Below, in pieces: positions 1 to 10,346 of a DNA stretch of 64,000 nucleotides. The notes below the pieces were generated by a model. It was not told the DNA's origin. It was given only the letters and a program-made list of their open reading frames with translations, and ran no database searches. Both the position numbers and the translations under genes were made by a program. The number at the start of each line of letters is the position of its first letter. Positions within the stretch are counted from its first letter, which is position 1. Origin of the DNA: an uncultured delta proteobacterium (GTDB taxonomy: Bacteria > Desulfobacterota > Desulfuromonadia > Desulfuromonadales > JACZKF01); the NCBI GenBank assembly GCA_963816395.1, contig CAWFKQ010000005.1:320001-384000 (forward strand), read 5' to 3'.

Positions 1-219
1 CCTCAATTCTCCGCAAGACCCTTTTGCATAGGAGAGGAATTGGATGCATTCCTTAGACGATTCTCTCTCGAATCCCTCGGCTATGTTGCTCGGAACCGAT
101 AAACCGGCCCTTGAAATTTGATCTCGGAACCCGTAATCCCGGAGAGTGGATATTGTTTTGTAAATTTCAGCGCTGAGCCGAGCAGACCTCTTCCAGACCT
201 CCAAATCTTCAAAATTCAC
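1..219 (-). CDS. Four-helix-bundle protein (23S rRNA IVP / bAvd-like family), 3' end beyond window edge
   Basis: Not in the ORF track. Manual translation from GTG at 219 (GGAGGGG RBS): MNFEDLEVWKRSARLSAEIYKTISTLRDYGFRDQISRAGLSVPSNIAEGFERESSKECIQFLSYAKGSCGELR. Clear paralog of 6047..6400. Confidence 0.9.
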   Translation of the reverse strand, partial: MNFEDLEVWKRSARLSAEIYKTISTLRDYGFRDQISRAGLSVPSNIAEGFERESSKECIQFLSYAKGSCGELR

Positions 220-240
220 TTTTCCCCTCCTAGAAAAAAC

Positions 241-314
241 AGGTAAAAGGTGCAAGGTTCAAAGTTTCAAAGCTTTTGACTTACCTTAACCTTGCACCTT
301 GAACCTTGTACCCT
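241..314. repeat. 7-mer hairpin element, AGGT(G/T)CA type
   Basis: AGGTAAA AGGTGCA AGGTTCA ... AAAGCTTTTGACTT ... TAACCT TGCACCT TGAACCT TGTACC; fills the gap between the cysNC stop and the four-helix gene start. Confidence 0.85.
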
Positions 315-315
315 T

Positions 316-2243
316 TTAAAGAGAACCATCTGGAATCTCCCCTTTATACTCTTCCCCCAGAAGTTGCCGCACAATCTGCTCCGCCAGCTCCTCCGCCGGG
401 GTGATTCCGGCTTCGACGGTGATCTCCGGGTTTTCAGGCGGCTCGTAGGCCGAATCGATGCCGGTGAAGTTCTTCAGCTGGCCGGCGCTGGCCTTCTTGT
501 ACAGCCCCTTGGGGTCGCGCTGCTCGCAGACCTCCAGCGGGGTGTTGACGAAGATCTCGAAGAATTCCCCCTCTTCCATCAAGTCGCCGGGCCATGTCGC
601 CGTTCGCTGCGGAAAGGGGAGATGAAGGAGACCAGAACGATCAGGCCGGCCTCGGCGAAGAGCTTGGCCGTCTCGGCGATGCGGCGGATGTTCTCCACCC
701 GGTCGGCGTCGGTGAAGCCGAGGTCGCGGTTGAGGCCGTGGCGGACGTTGTCGCCGTCGAGGATGAAGGTGTGCTTGCCGAGGGAGTGCAGCTTCTTCTC
801 CACCAGGTTGGCGATGGTCGACTTGCCGGCGCCGGAGAGGCCGGTGAACCAGAGGACGCCGGGCTTCTGCCCCTTGTGGGCGGCGCGGCGTCTGCTTGTG
901 GATGTCGAGGGCCTGCCAGTGGATGTTGGTCGGCGCGGCGCAGGGCGAAGTCGATCATCCCGGCGCCGACGGTGGCGTTGGTGAAGCGGTCGATCAGGAT
1001 GAAGTTGCCGGTGGCCCGGTTCTCCCGGTAGGGATCGAAGGAGATCGCCTTGCTGGCGCTGAGGTTGCAGACCCCCACCTCGTTGAGCCCCAGGGTCTTC
1101 CCCGGTTCGTTCTGCAGGGTATTGACGTTGACCTTGTGCTTCAGGGCGGTGACCTGCGCCGGGAGGACGGCGGCTGCCGATCTTGAGCAGATAGCTGCGC
1201 CCGGGCAGCAGCGGCTCCTCGTGCATCCAGACCACCTTGGCCTCGAACTGGTCGGCATGGGTCGGACGGTTCTCGGGATCGGCGAGCACGTCGCCGCGGC
1301 TGATGTCGATCTCGTCCTCGAGGGTCAGGGTGACCGCCTGGCCGGCGACCGCCTCCTCCAGATCGCCGTCCATGGTGACGATGCGGGCGACCGGCTCTTC
1401 TGCCCGGAGGCGGGGACCACCACTTCGTCGCCGGGGCGGACTGTCCCCGAGGCGATGGTGCCGGAGAAGCCGCGGAAGTCGAGGTCGGGGCGGTTGACCC
1501 ACTGCACGGGCATGCGGAAGGGCTTCTCCCGCATCTCCTCGGCGACCTGGACCGTCTCCAGGTAGTCCATCAGGGTCCGGCCCCGGTACCAGGGGGTGTT
1601 GTCGCCGTGGGCGAGGATGTTGTCCCCCTGCAGGGCGGAGATGGGGATGGCGGCGATCTCGTCGAAGCCGAGGCGGGCGGCGAAGAGCTCGTATTCCTCG
1701 CGGATCGCCTCGAAACGCTCTCGGCGTGTAACCGACCAGGTCCATCTTGTTGACCGCCAGCACCACCTTGCGGATCCCGACCAGGGAGACCAGGTAGCTG
1801 TGCCGCCGGGTCTGGGTCAGAATCCCCTTGCGGGCGTCGACCAGGATCACGGCGACCTGCGCCGTGGAGGCGCCGGTGACCATGTTGCGGGTGTACTGCT
1901 CGTGGCCGGGGGTGTCGGCGACGATGAACTTGCGCTTGTCGGTGGAGAAGAAGCGGTAGGCGACGTCGATGGTGATCCCCTGCTCGCGCTCGGCCTGCAG
2001 CCCGTCGAGCAGCAGGGCGTAGTCGATGTCCTCCCCTTGCGTGCCGACCCGCTTGCTGTCGGCCTCCAGCGCCGCCAGCTGGTCCTCGAAGATCATCTTC
2101 GAATCCCACAGCAGCCGCCCGATCAGGGTGCTCTTGCCGTCGTCGACGCTGCCGCAGGTGATGAAGCGCAGCATCGATTTTTCTTCCTGTGCTTTCAGGT
2201 AGGCGTGGATGTCTTCGGCGATCAGTTCGGATTGGTGGGCCAT
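316..2243 (-). CDS. cysNC: Bifunctional sulfate adenylyltransferase subunit 1 / APS kinase (CysNC/NodQ-like), copy 1, several frameshifts
   Basis: [65 protein letters not shown] spread over several frames; colinear with the intact copy at 13942. Confidence 0.93.
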
Positions 2244-2262
2244 TGAAATACTCCGTTTCGTC

Positions 2263-2363
2263 AGGTATGCAGGTTCGCGGGACGCGAAGGTCAAAAGCGG
2301 CAATCAAGGCGTCGAGACGCGAAAGGTCTTTGACTTCCTCGTTCCGCGTCCCTGCGAACCGCG
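2263..2363. repeat. 7-mer hairpin element, GG(T/G)(A/T)CGC type, between cysD and cysNC copy 1
   Basis: GGTTCGC GGGACGC GAAGGTCAAAAGC ... TTTGACTT ... GCGTCCC ... GCGAACC; homologous to 15878..15983. Confidence 0.8.
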
Positions 2364-2379
2364 CTGGTGGCCATGCTTT

Positions 2380-3329
2380 TCAGAAATACCCTTCCTGTTT
2401 CTTCTTCTCCATGCTCCCCGCCTGATCGTGGTCGATCAGCCGTCCCTGCCGCTCGCTGGTGCGGGTCAGGAGCATCTCCTGGATGATCTCCGGCAGGGTG
2501 GCGGCGGTCGATTCGACGGCGGCGGTCAGCGGGTAGCAGCCCAGGGTGCGAAAGCGCACCGATTTCATCTGCACCTTTTCGCCCGGCTTGAGCTTGAGCC
2601 GCTCGTCATCGACCAGGATCAGCATGCCGTCGCGCTCGACCACCGGCCGCACCTTGGCGTAGTAGAGCGGCACGATGGGGATCTGCTCCAGGGTGATGTA
2701 CTGCCAGATGTCGAGCTCGGTCCAGTTGGACAGGGGAAAGGCGCGGATGCTCTCGCCGGGCTTGACCCGGGCGTTGTAGAGGTTCCACAGCTCGGGGCGC
2801 TGGCTCTTCGGGTCCCAGCGGTGGGTCGCGGTGCGGAAGGAGAAGATGCGCTCCTTGGCCCGGACTTTTCTCCTCGTCGCGGCGCGCCCCGCCGAAGGCG
2901 GCGTCGAACTTGTACTTGTCCAGGGCCTGCTTGAGCCCCTCGGTCTTCATCACGTCGGTGTACAGGGCGCTGCCGTGGGTGAAGGGGTTGATCCCCTGCG
3001 CGCACCCCCTCCTCGTTGGTGTGGAGCAGCAGCTCGAAGCCGTGCTCGCGCGCCATGCGGTCGCGGAATTCGATCATCTCCCGGAACTTCCAGGTGGTGT
3101 CGACGTGCAGCAGGGGAAAGGGGATCTTCCCCGGGTAGAAGGCCTTGCGCGCCAGGTGCAGCATGACCGAGGAGTCCTTGCCGATGGAGTAGAGCATCAC
3201 CGGCTTCTCGAACTCGGCGGCCACCTCGCGCAGGATGTGGATGCTTTCGGCTTCGAGCTGGCGCAGGTGGGTCAGCGGCGCCGGCGCCTCATGCGGATTT
3301 TCAGCGTTGCGGATGGCCTGAGCGGTCAT
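2380..3329 (-). CDS. cysD: Sulfate adenylyltransferase subunit 2, copy 1, frameshifted
   Basis: [67 protein letters not shown]. Confidence 0.93.
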
Positions 3330-3358
3330 GGAGCAAAACACCTTTCAATGCAAAATCT

Positions 3359-3474
3359 TTTTCACCACAGAGCCACAGAGATCACAGAGGAAATCTCTAA
3401 AATCAAAGTCTTGTTTTCTGCGTCTTCTCTGTGTTCTCTGTGCCTCTAGTGAGCACAGCGAACGGGTGGTAAAT
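3359..3474. repeat. CACAGAG-type (8-9-mer) palindromic element
   Basis: TTCACCACAGAG CCACAGAG ATCACAGAG ... CTCTGTG TTCTCTGTG CCTCT ... GTGGTAAA; long imperfect inverted repeat filling the intergenic gap. Confidence 0.85.
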
Positions 3475-3481
3475 AGCCTTT

Positions 3482-4269
3482 TTATAAAGCAGGACTTTCG
3501 CTGGTCCTCGGCTCCGTGGCACGAAGGGCTTTCGCCTGCTTTCCGTTGAGGATGCTTTTCCGGAGGTAACCGACGATCTCCTGCACGGCCTCTTCCTGGG
3601 AGGTGTGGTCGACATCGATGGTAATCTCCGGATGGTCGGACTCCTCGTAGGGGACGTCGATGCCGGGGAAGTTGGTGGATATCCCGCTTCTGGCCTTTTC
3701 GTACCGCCCCAAGGTGTCGCGCTGCTCGCAGGCCTCCGTGGTGGTCTTGAGGTAGACCTCGACGAAGTTTCTGCGCCATCTGCCGGGCGAAGAGCGCGGC
3801 TCTCCCGGTAGGGGGAGACGAAGGAGGCGATGACGATGACGCCGTTCTTCTCCAGCATGGCGGCCAGGTGGCCGCAGCGCTTCACGTGCCGGTTGACCTC
3901 GGCCGGAGAGAAGCCGGTCTCCGGAAAGAGGGGGCGAACGTCGCGGCTGTCGATCCGCTCCACCCGCAGGCCGTCTTTTTTCAGTTGCTGGAAAACCCGG
4001 TTCGCCAGCGCCTTCTTCCCCGAGGCGGGCAGGCCGGTGAACCAGAGGACGAAGGAGGGGATTTCCTTCTTGCCGAAACGGATGCGCTGCCACAGCCTCT
4101 CATGGAAGAAATAGAGGCCCATCTTGGCGAAGACCTCCAGGAAGCCGATGGTAAGGGCCAGGGCGAACTTGCCGGTGAAGATGAAGACGATGATCGCCGT
4201 CGTGATGGTCGCCCAGGTACGCCAGGAAAGGGCCTTCAGAACGGAGCGGCTTTTGGTTTCGTATTGCAT
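3482..4269 (-). CDS. DUF2061-like membrane domain fused to adenylyl-sulfate kinase (CysC-like), frameshifted
   Basis: N-term ETKSRSVLKALSWR...LYFFHERLW, then LWFTGLPASGK, ASFVSPYRESR, CEQRDTLGRY, FPGIDVPYEE. Confidence 0.8.
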
Positions 4270-4279
4270 AACAAAATCC

Positions 4280-4389
4280 AGGTTGCAGGTTATAGGTGCA
4301 AGGCCCAAGGTAAAACCTGTTCAAAGTCCTCTGGTTCAGGTGGAGCTCCTGATGTGTATTTCCTTGAACCTTGAACCTTGGGCCTTTCC
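4280..4389. repeat. 7-mer hairpin element, AGGT(G/T)CA type
   Basis: AGGTTGC AGGTTAT AGGTGCA AGGCCCA AGGTAAA ... CCTTGAA CCTTGAA CCTTGGG CCTTT. Confidence 0.8.
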
Positions 4390-5657
4390 TTAAGCTTTCT
4401 TTCTTCTCAACCTCATCGCCATTTTGATCTCCTCCCAGCGCTGCCGGTCTTCAGCCGGCATGCGGGAGAAATACTCCCGGACGAAGGCGGCGAGCACGGC
4501 AAAAAACCCGGCGACGAAGACGGCGAGAAGGATAATCAGGCTGCGTTTTGGCTTGCTCTTCTTGTCCGCCGGCACCCCCTCGTCCAGGACCTGGAGAGTC
4601 GAGGTATTGCGGGCCTCAGTGATCTTCGCCACCTCGTACTGCTTGGTCAGCAGCTCGAAGAGCGTCTCCTGGATCTTAAAATCGCGCATCAGCCGGGCAT
4701 ACTGGACCCCCAGTTCGGGCACCGCGGAGGTGGCGATGAAGATGTCGTCGGAGACCTTCTTCCCGGCCGGCGTCTCCTCGAGCTTCCGAAGCTGGCCTTT
4801 GAGCTGGGCGATCCCCTCCCGGGCCGCCTTCACCTCGGGATTCTGCTCCGTCTGGCGAGGTGAGGAGAACCCCCAGCTCCATTTCCTGGCTGGCCAATTG
4901 CCCCTTGAGGGTCCGCAATAGCCTCGATGATGGCCGTCGCCTGGTCGTCGATGCGGATCGCCTTGTTCTTCTCCTGGAAGTCCTTGAGGCGGTCCTCGGC
5001 ATTGGCGAGATCGACCTTGACCTTGGCCAGACGCTCCTCCAGGAAGACCCGCTCCCGCCCGGCGCTGCGAGATTGAGACGGATATTGATCTTTTTCAGTT
5101 CATCGATATAGGCGTTGGCCATGGCGGCGGCCCGTTTGCGGGTCCTCGTCCTCGACAGCGATGGAGATGATGCCGCTGTCCTTTGTCGCTGCAGATGGTG
5201 ACGTGTGTCGGCCAGCTTGTCGTAGGTCTTTGTCCGGTAGTCCTGGTCGTAGACATCCATCAGATGAAACCTGTCGATGATCGCGTCGGAGATCGGTCCG
5301 GCTCTGCAGCATCCCGACATAAAGGTCCCCCGGCGAGGAACCGACGGAAACCCCGGCCAGGGCGGCGAGATCACCTATGCCGCTGCTGGCCAGCATGCTG
5401 GACAGCCCGCCCCTGGTCCTGCTGACGGCGGCATGATGCGGGAGGTGGAGATGTAGATATTCGGCAGCAGCAGGCGCACCAGGGTGGACAGCACGGCCGC
5501 CAGCGACCATAGCCTTGAGGATCATCTTCTTGTGTTTGAAGATGACCAGGAGGTAGTCGAGGAGGTTGATTTCGTCGTCGTCGACGGACATCGGCCGACG
5601 GGAGATATCTACCTGCTTCTGGATTTCTTCGGTTTTGACTTCTCTGTTTTCAGTCAT
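4390..5657 (-). CDS. Wzz/FepE/Etk N-terminal + GNVR-type polysaccharide chain-length protein, frameshifted
   Basis: DDDEINLLDYLLVIFKHKKMI, SGIISIAVED, LLTKQYEVAKITEA, QVLDEGVPADKKSKPKRSLIILLA C-terminal TM. Confidence 0.85.
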
Positions 5658-5674
5658 GGGGTCCGTCGACAGTG

Positions 5675-6046
5675 GCGCGGTTCGCGGTATGCGGTACGCG
5701 GGAATCTTAGAATCAGGGGCGCGGTTCGCGGTATGCGGTACGCGAACTTCTCCAAACTAATTCCATAGGGGCCCTCCGCGAACCGCAAACCGCGTCACGC
5801 GTTACGGGTTTTAACGACTTTCGCCTTTGTCTTTCTCGCCCCGCGTCCCGCGGGTCTGCTGATTTCCGCGTCCCGCGCACCTCGTTCCGCGAGCCAGCCT
5901 TTAAATCAATTCCGGATGATTCGCTTGCAACCATCCTATGACCTCTTTGCAGCAGATCCCCTATTTCTAGCGCGGACCGCGGTACGCGAACTTCTCCAAA
6001 CTAATTCTATGAGGGGCCCTTCGCGAACCGCGAACCGCGTCACGCG
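5675..6046. repeat. Cluster of GGTACGC/GGTTCGC 7-mer hairpins including an ~88-bp direct duplication
   Basis: GCGGTACGCGAACTTCTCCAAACTAATT...GTCACGCGTTACGG(G)TTTTAACGACTTTC occurs at ~5735 and ~5980. Confidence 0.85.
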
Positions 6047-6400
6047 TTACGGTTTTAACGACTTTCCCTTACTCCTGATCAATCCACCCAACATCGACGA
6101 GATCGCTTCAGTTTCGGAGACCCACTGTTTGCCGGTCTCTCGGTCGATGTAGTCAATATCCATTCCGATATACGTTTGGGTCCTCAGCTCGCCGCATGAC
6201 CCTTTGGCGTATAGAAGGAATTTGATGCAATCGGCAGCAGACCCTCGTTCAATTCCTTCTGATATATTGCTGGGGATGGATAGGCCAGACCGAGTTATCT
6301 GATCCTTGAATCCATAATCCCGCAGGTCCTTAAGTCTCTTGTAAATCTCCGCACTCAGGCGGGCGGAACGCTTCCAAACCTCCAGATCCTCAAATCGCAT
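6047..6400 (-). CDS. Four-helix-bundle protein (23S rRNA IVP / bAvd-like family)
   Basis: MRFEDLEVWKRS...DQITRSGLSIPSNISEG.ER...FLLYAKGSCGELRTQ; 117 aa, intact. Confidence 0.92.
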   Translation of the reverse strand: MRFEDLEVWKRSARLSAEIYKRLKDLRDYGFKDQITRSGLSIPSNISEGIERGSAADCIKFLLYAKGSCGELRTQTYIGMDIDYIDRETGKQWVSETEAISSMLGGLIRSKGKSLKP

Positions 6401-6424
6401 GAGCCCCCTCCGCTACGCTCCGGG

Positions 6425-6673
6425 GCGGGACGGGAATTCTCAAAAGCCGGTGCGCGGTGCGCGGTATGCGGTTCGCGGAAATCTGAAATCCGGGACGCGG
6501 TTTGCGGTACGCGTTGCGCGGGAATCTTTTGATCTTCGCGTCCCGCGTCCCTCGTACTCGTCCGTCTTTCCGCGTCCCGCGTCCCGCGAACCTCGTCCCA
6601 GGTCTTTTCCGCGTCCCTCGTACCTCGTCCCAGGTCTTTTCCGCGTCCCGCGTCCCGCGAACCGCGCCCCTCG
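6425..6673. repeat. Compound 7-mer hairpin element (GGGACGC/GCGTCCC arms)
   Basis: Left arms with ~43-44-bp periodicity, central ATCTTTTGATCTT, multiple GCGTCCC/TCGTCCC right arms. Confidence 0.85.
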
Positions 6674-6676
6674 CTT

Positions 6677-7051
6677 CTACTCCTCCCGCACCCGCCAGCC
6701 CTTCCGATGCGCCTCGGTGTCGGCCCGGTGGGCGGCCAGATCGGCGGCAATCCCGTCGACCTTCTTGTCCAGCCCGTCGACCTTCTTGTCCAGCCCGTCG
6801 ACCTTCTTGTCCAGACCGTCGACCTTCTTTTCCAGCCCATCGAATTTCTTCTCCAGGGCGGTCCCCCTCAATTCGACCCGCTCCATGCGGTTCTCAAGCT
6901 TGTCCATCCGCTCTTCCAGTCCGCCCATCCCTTCGCCCAGCGTCTGCTGCCCCTCGACAACGAGATCGATCTTTCGCTGGAAATCGCCGGACATCACCCC
7001 GAAGTGAAACGACAGCATTCCTTCGATCTTCTTCAAATCATCTTCAGTCAT
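6677..7051 (-). CDS. Small coiled-coil hypothetical protein with KKVDGLD heptad repeats
   Basis: 124 aa ORF with GGAGGGG RBS; 21-bp tandem repeat GTCGACCTTCTTGTCCAG(C/A)CC at ~6755-6850. Confidence 0.8.
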   Translation of the reverse strand: MTEDDLKKIEGMLSFHFGVMSGDFQRKIDLVVEGQQTLGEGMGGLEERMDKLENRMERVELRGTALEKKFDGLEKKVDGLDKKVDGLDKKVDGLDKKVDGIAADLAAHRADTEAHRKGWRVREE

Positions 7052-7089
7052 GGGACCCCTCCCTGAGAACTTTGATCCTGGAAACTCCG

Positions 7090-7198
7090 GCCATTTATCC
7101 CTCCTAAATGCGAGGTACGCGGTTCGCGAACTTCCTCAACCACCTTCCTTCGGGATTTCGCCTTCCGCGTCCCGCGAACCTTGTCCCGCGTCCCTCGC
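7090..7198. repeat. 7-mer hairpin element overlapping the higA 3' end
   Basis: GGTACGC GGTTCGC ... GCGTCCC GCGAACC TTGTCCC GCGTCCC. Confidence 0.75.
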
Positions 7199-7498
7199 TT
7201 TATTTGCCACATGCGGGCGGACTTCATTGTCCAGCCGGTCGCCAAGTTGCAGACGGGTGTTCTCCAGATCAAAATCGGCCTGCAAACCCATCCAGAAACC
7301 TTCGCTTACTCCGAAGTATCGGGCCAGTCTCAGGGCGGTGTCCGCAGTAATGGCGCGCTTACCAAGTACGATTTCGTTGATTCGCCGGGGCGGCACACCT
7401 ATTTCCCGGCCCAACTTGTTCTGGCTGATAACCATAGGCTTCAAAAACTCTTCCAGGAGCACCTCGCCAGGGTGAATGTTGGGCAATTTGCTGGCCAG
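7136..7498 (-). CDS. higA: HigA family addiction-module antitoxin
   Basis: IHPGEVLLEEFLKP..SQNKL..IGVPPRRINEIVLGKRAITADTALRLARYFG.S..FWMGLQADFDL. Start codon uncertain (AGGAGG at ~7505-7510); the C-terminus runs into the repeat. Confidence 0.9.
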   Translation of the reverse strand: MASKLPNIHPGEVLLEEFLKPMVISQNKLGREIGVPPRRINEIVLGKRAITADTALRLARYFGVSEGFWMGLQADFDLENTRLQLGDRLDNEVRPHVANKARDAGQGSRDAEGEIPKEGG

Positions 7499-7508
7499 TG
7501 GTCACCTC

Positions 7509-7583
7509 CTAGTGGTAGTCGACGATTTCCACCCCTTGGGCATCGCCTTCCAGCCAAACAAAGCAGATCCGCCACTGATCATT
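7509..7583 (-). pseudogene. higB: HigB (RelE/ParE family) toxin, only the last 24 codons remain
   Basis: Manual translation NDQWRICFVWLEGDAQGVEIVDYH*, the typical HigB C-terminus, directly upstream of higA. Confidence 0.88.
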
Positions 7584-7707
7584 GTACGCGATATGCGGTT
7601 CGCGGTATGAGGACTTCCTTAACGCCTTTCTCGTCCCTCGAACCGTATCCCGCGTCTCTTGGATCGTCCCGCGTCCCTCTGTTTTTCCGCGTCCCTCGTT
7701 CCTCCGT
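7584..7707. repeat. 7-mer hairpin element abutting the higB truncation
   Basis: GTACGC GATATGC GGTTCGC GGTATG ... TCGTCCC TCGAACC GTATCCC GCGTCTC ... GCGTCCC. Confidence 0.8.
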
Positions 7708-7708
7708 C

Positions 7709-10320
7709 CTAAAGGACGGATATCGCCGCCGCGCCCAGCGCCATCTGATAGAGGATGGTGGTGATGTCCTTGGTCCCTTTCATCCAGTCCGTTTTCTTGA
7801 CCTGTTCCGGGACGAGGATGGCGTCGCCGGGGTAGATCTCGGTGGTCTGGAAGCCGCCCATCAGCCAGCGGTGGTTGTCCTTGTCCCAGCGCAGGCCGAA
7901 GCCGGACTGGCGGTTGCTGACGACGGTGCCGTCGGCGCGGACGATGAACATCTCGTCCTCGTCGGCATTCTTGGTGGCACCGCCGACCTGGTCGAGGTAG
8001 AAGGCCACCGGCCGTCCGGAACGATAGGTCATGGAGGTCGGGTTGTAGACCTGGCCGAGGACGGTGACCGACTGCGGGTTCTGCGGCACGGTCAGGGTGT
8101 CGCCGGCGGTCAGCTCGAAGTCGGCGGCGCTGCCGCGGAAGGTATCCATGCTGGCGAGGTGCACGACCATGCGGCCGGTCACCGGGGCCTGCCTGAGTTT
8201 CGCCGCCAGCTCCTTGCGGCTGGCGAGAACGGCCTGGGCCGCCTTCAGGTCTTCCTCGTCCATCGCCCCCTGGGCCATTTCGGAGGCAAGGCGACCGATC
8301 TCCTCCTCCTGCTCCTGAAGCAGCTTCTGCACCCGCTGCCGCTGCACCTCCTTGAGGGAGTCGCGGGTGAATAACGCGCCGCGCAGGTAGGCGCGCTCGG
8401 TGAAGCCGCCGGCGCGGGCCAGCACCGAGCCGAGGGTCTCCCCCTTGGCGATGGCATAGGTGCCGGGAAAGAGCACCTCCCCCTTGAGGTCGACGGTCAG
8501 CCGCTCGCCGAAGTCGGGGATGCCGCGCACGAACAGGTGATCGTCCTCCTGCAGCTTCAGGTTGTTGGCCGGATCGCCCTGCAGGGCCTTATCCAGGTCG
8601 ATGAGCAGCCGCGTCGTCTTCGTCTCCTTGCCGGAGGGGATGTAGCGGGTGATCTCCGCCTGGGCGAGGTAGGCGCTGCGCTTGAGATTGCCGGCGGTGG
8701 CGACCAGGTCCTTGACGGTCATGTGGTCGTAGAGGCGGAAGGCCCCCGGGTTGAGCACGGCGCCGGTCACCGACACCTGCGGCATCTCCTCCATCTGCTT
8801 GCGGGAGAAAATCTTGACCGTGTCATACTCCTGCAGCCGCAGGTTCTGGACGGGATCCCCCTTAAGCGCCTTTTTCAGGTCGACCGTGAGGATCTCGGGG
8901 CGGTACTCGGGGGGATTCAGCCGGATCACCTGCGCCATGTCGGGATAGAACTCGGGGAGCAGGTTGTCGTAAGGGGTGATCAGGTCGGCCAGGCGCAGCC
9001 CCGGAGTGAGCTGATAGTCGCCGGGGCGTACCACGTAGCCCGCCAGCCGCACGAACCCGCCGGCCATGGCAATGGGAGCGACCTTGATCAGATCGCGATC
9101 GAGCAGGGGCATCTGGAGGTCTTTCTGGTCCGCCCCGTCCGTCCGTGAGATCGAGGTTCAGGACGGTCTTCAGCTGGTGGGCTTGCACCCGGTTCAGCTG
9201 AATTTTCTGCAGGTAGGAAGTGGGGATCAGCCCGCCGGCAAGATCGAGGGCCTGCTGCAGGCGTTTCCCCGCCTTTCAACTCGTAGATCGCGGGACGGCG
9301 GACGTTCCCGGCCACCCCGACCTGCGGGCCAGCCAGCGGAACAAAAATAGTGTCGCCCGACTGCAGGCGGACATCGGCGCTCTTGTCCCCGCGCAGGAAG
9401 AAATCGTACAGGTCGATGGTACTGATCGTCTTGCCGCCGCGCAGCACCTCGATCTTGCGCAGGCTGCCGGTCTTGGCCGGACCGCCGACGGAGGAGAGCG
9501 CCGTCACCAGGGTGGAGAGGGAGCTGACCTGGTAGGTTCCGGGGGCGTTCACCTCGCCGACCATGAAGATCTGGATCGAGCGCAGGCCGCCCATGGTGAC
9601 GTTGAGCTCGAAGTCCTTGAAGTACTTGCGGATCTGTTTGCGGATCGTCTCCCGGGCCTGCTCGAAGGTCTGCCCCCAGAGATTGATGACGCCGACCTTG
9701 GGGAGAGTGATCTCGCCGTTGCGGTCGACGGTGACCTGGTAGTTCCCCTCGATATTCCCCCAGACGTCGATGCGCAGGGTGTCGCCCGTGCCGATGACGT
9801 AATCCGGCCCGACCAGCGCCTGCTGGTCCGGTTGGAAACCGCTGCGGAAGAAGTCGTAGCCGAACTGCTGGAGTTTCAGGTCAGGCTCGGCAACCTGCCG
9901 GCGAATGAACTCGCCGTCCTCGCCCGCGGTCGACCGCTCGGCATTGAAATAGTTTTCGACGGTTGAGGGTTCCCTTGCCTCCACCGGCGCGGCTGCAGCG
10001 TCTTTGGCCGGCGCCGTGCCGGCGCCCTTCGTAGTCGCGGCATCGGCGGCGGGGACGGATTCTGGCAGGGCGCTGGGAATCGATGCGTTCCTGTTGCTCA
10101 TTAATGCCGCAGCGTCGGCGGGCGTTAAACCCTTTTCCTGGAGAATGCGGGCCGCATCCGGCGGGATAGAGGCGGAAGAGGTACCGCCCCCACTTAGCCC
10201 CCCTGCGCCAAGGAAGCCGCCGCCCTCAGCAAAGACAGGTGCCGCGGCAAGAAGGGAAATGAAAAAGCCGGTGAGGACGGCCCGTCGGATGCGAGCCAGT
10301 CGAATGCCATGATGGATCAA
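7709..10320 (-). CDS. Polysaccharide export protein with multiple SLBB domains (Wza/KpsD-like), frameshifted near 9100-9280
   Basis: Signal peptide, PDYVIGTGDTLRIDVWG, VDRNGEITLPKVG, repeated GEVNAPGTY / GAVLNPGAF / GEVLFPGTY units, IYPGDAILVP. Confidence 0.88.
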
Positions 10321-10346
10321 GAGTGTAGCCTCCGAATTGTAAGAGC

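Noticed and set aside
6047..6400. Diversity-generating retroelement (Avd-like protein) or rRNA intervening sequence
   Set aside because: No reverse transcriptase, no TR/VR pair with adenine-specific mismatches, and no rRNA gene nearby.
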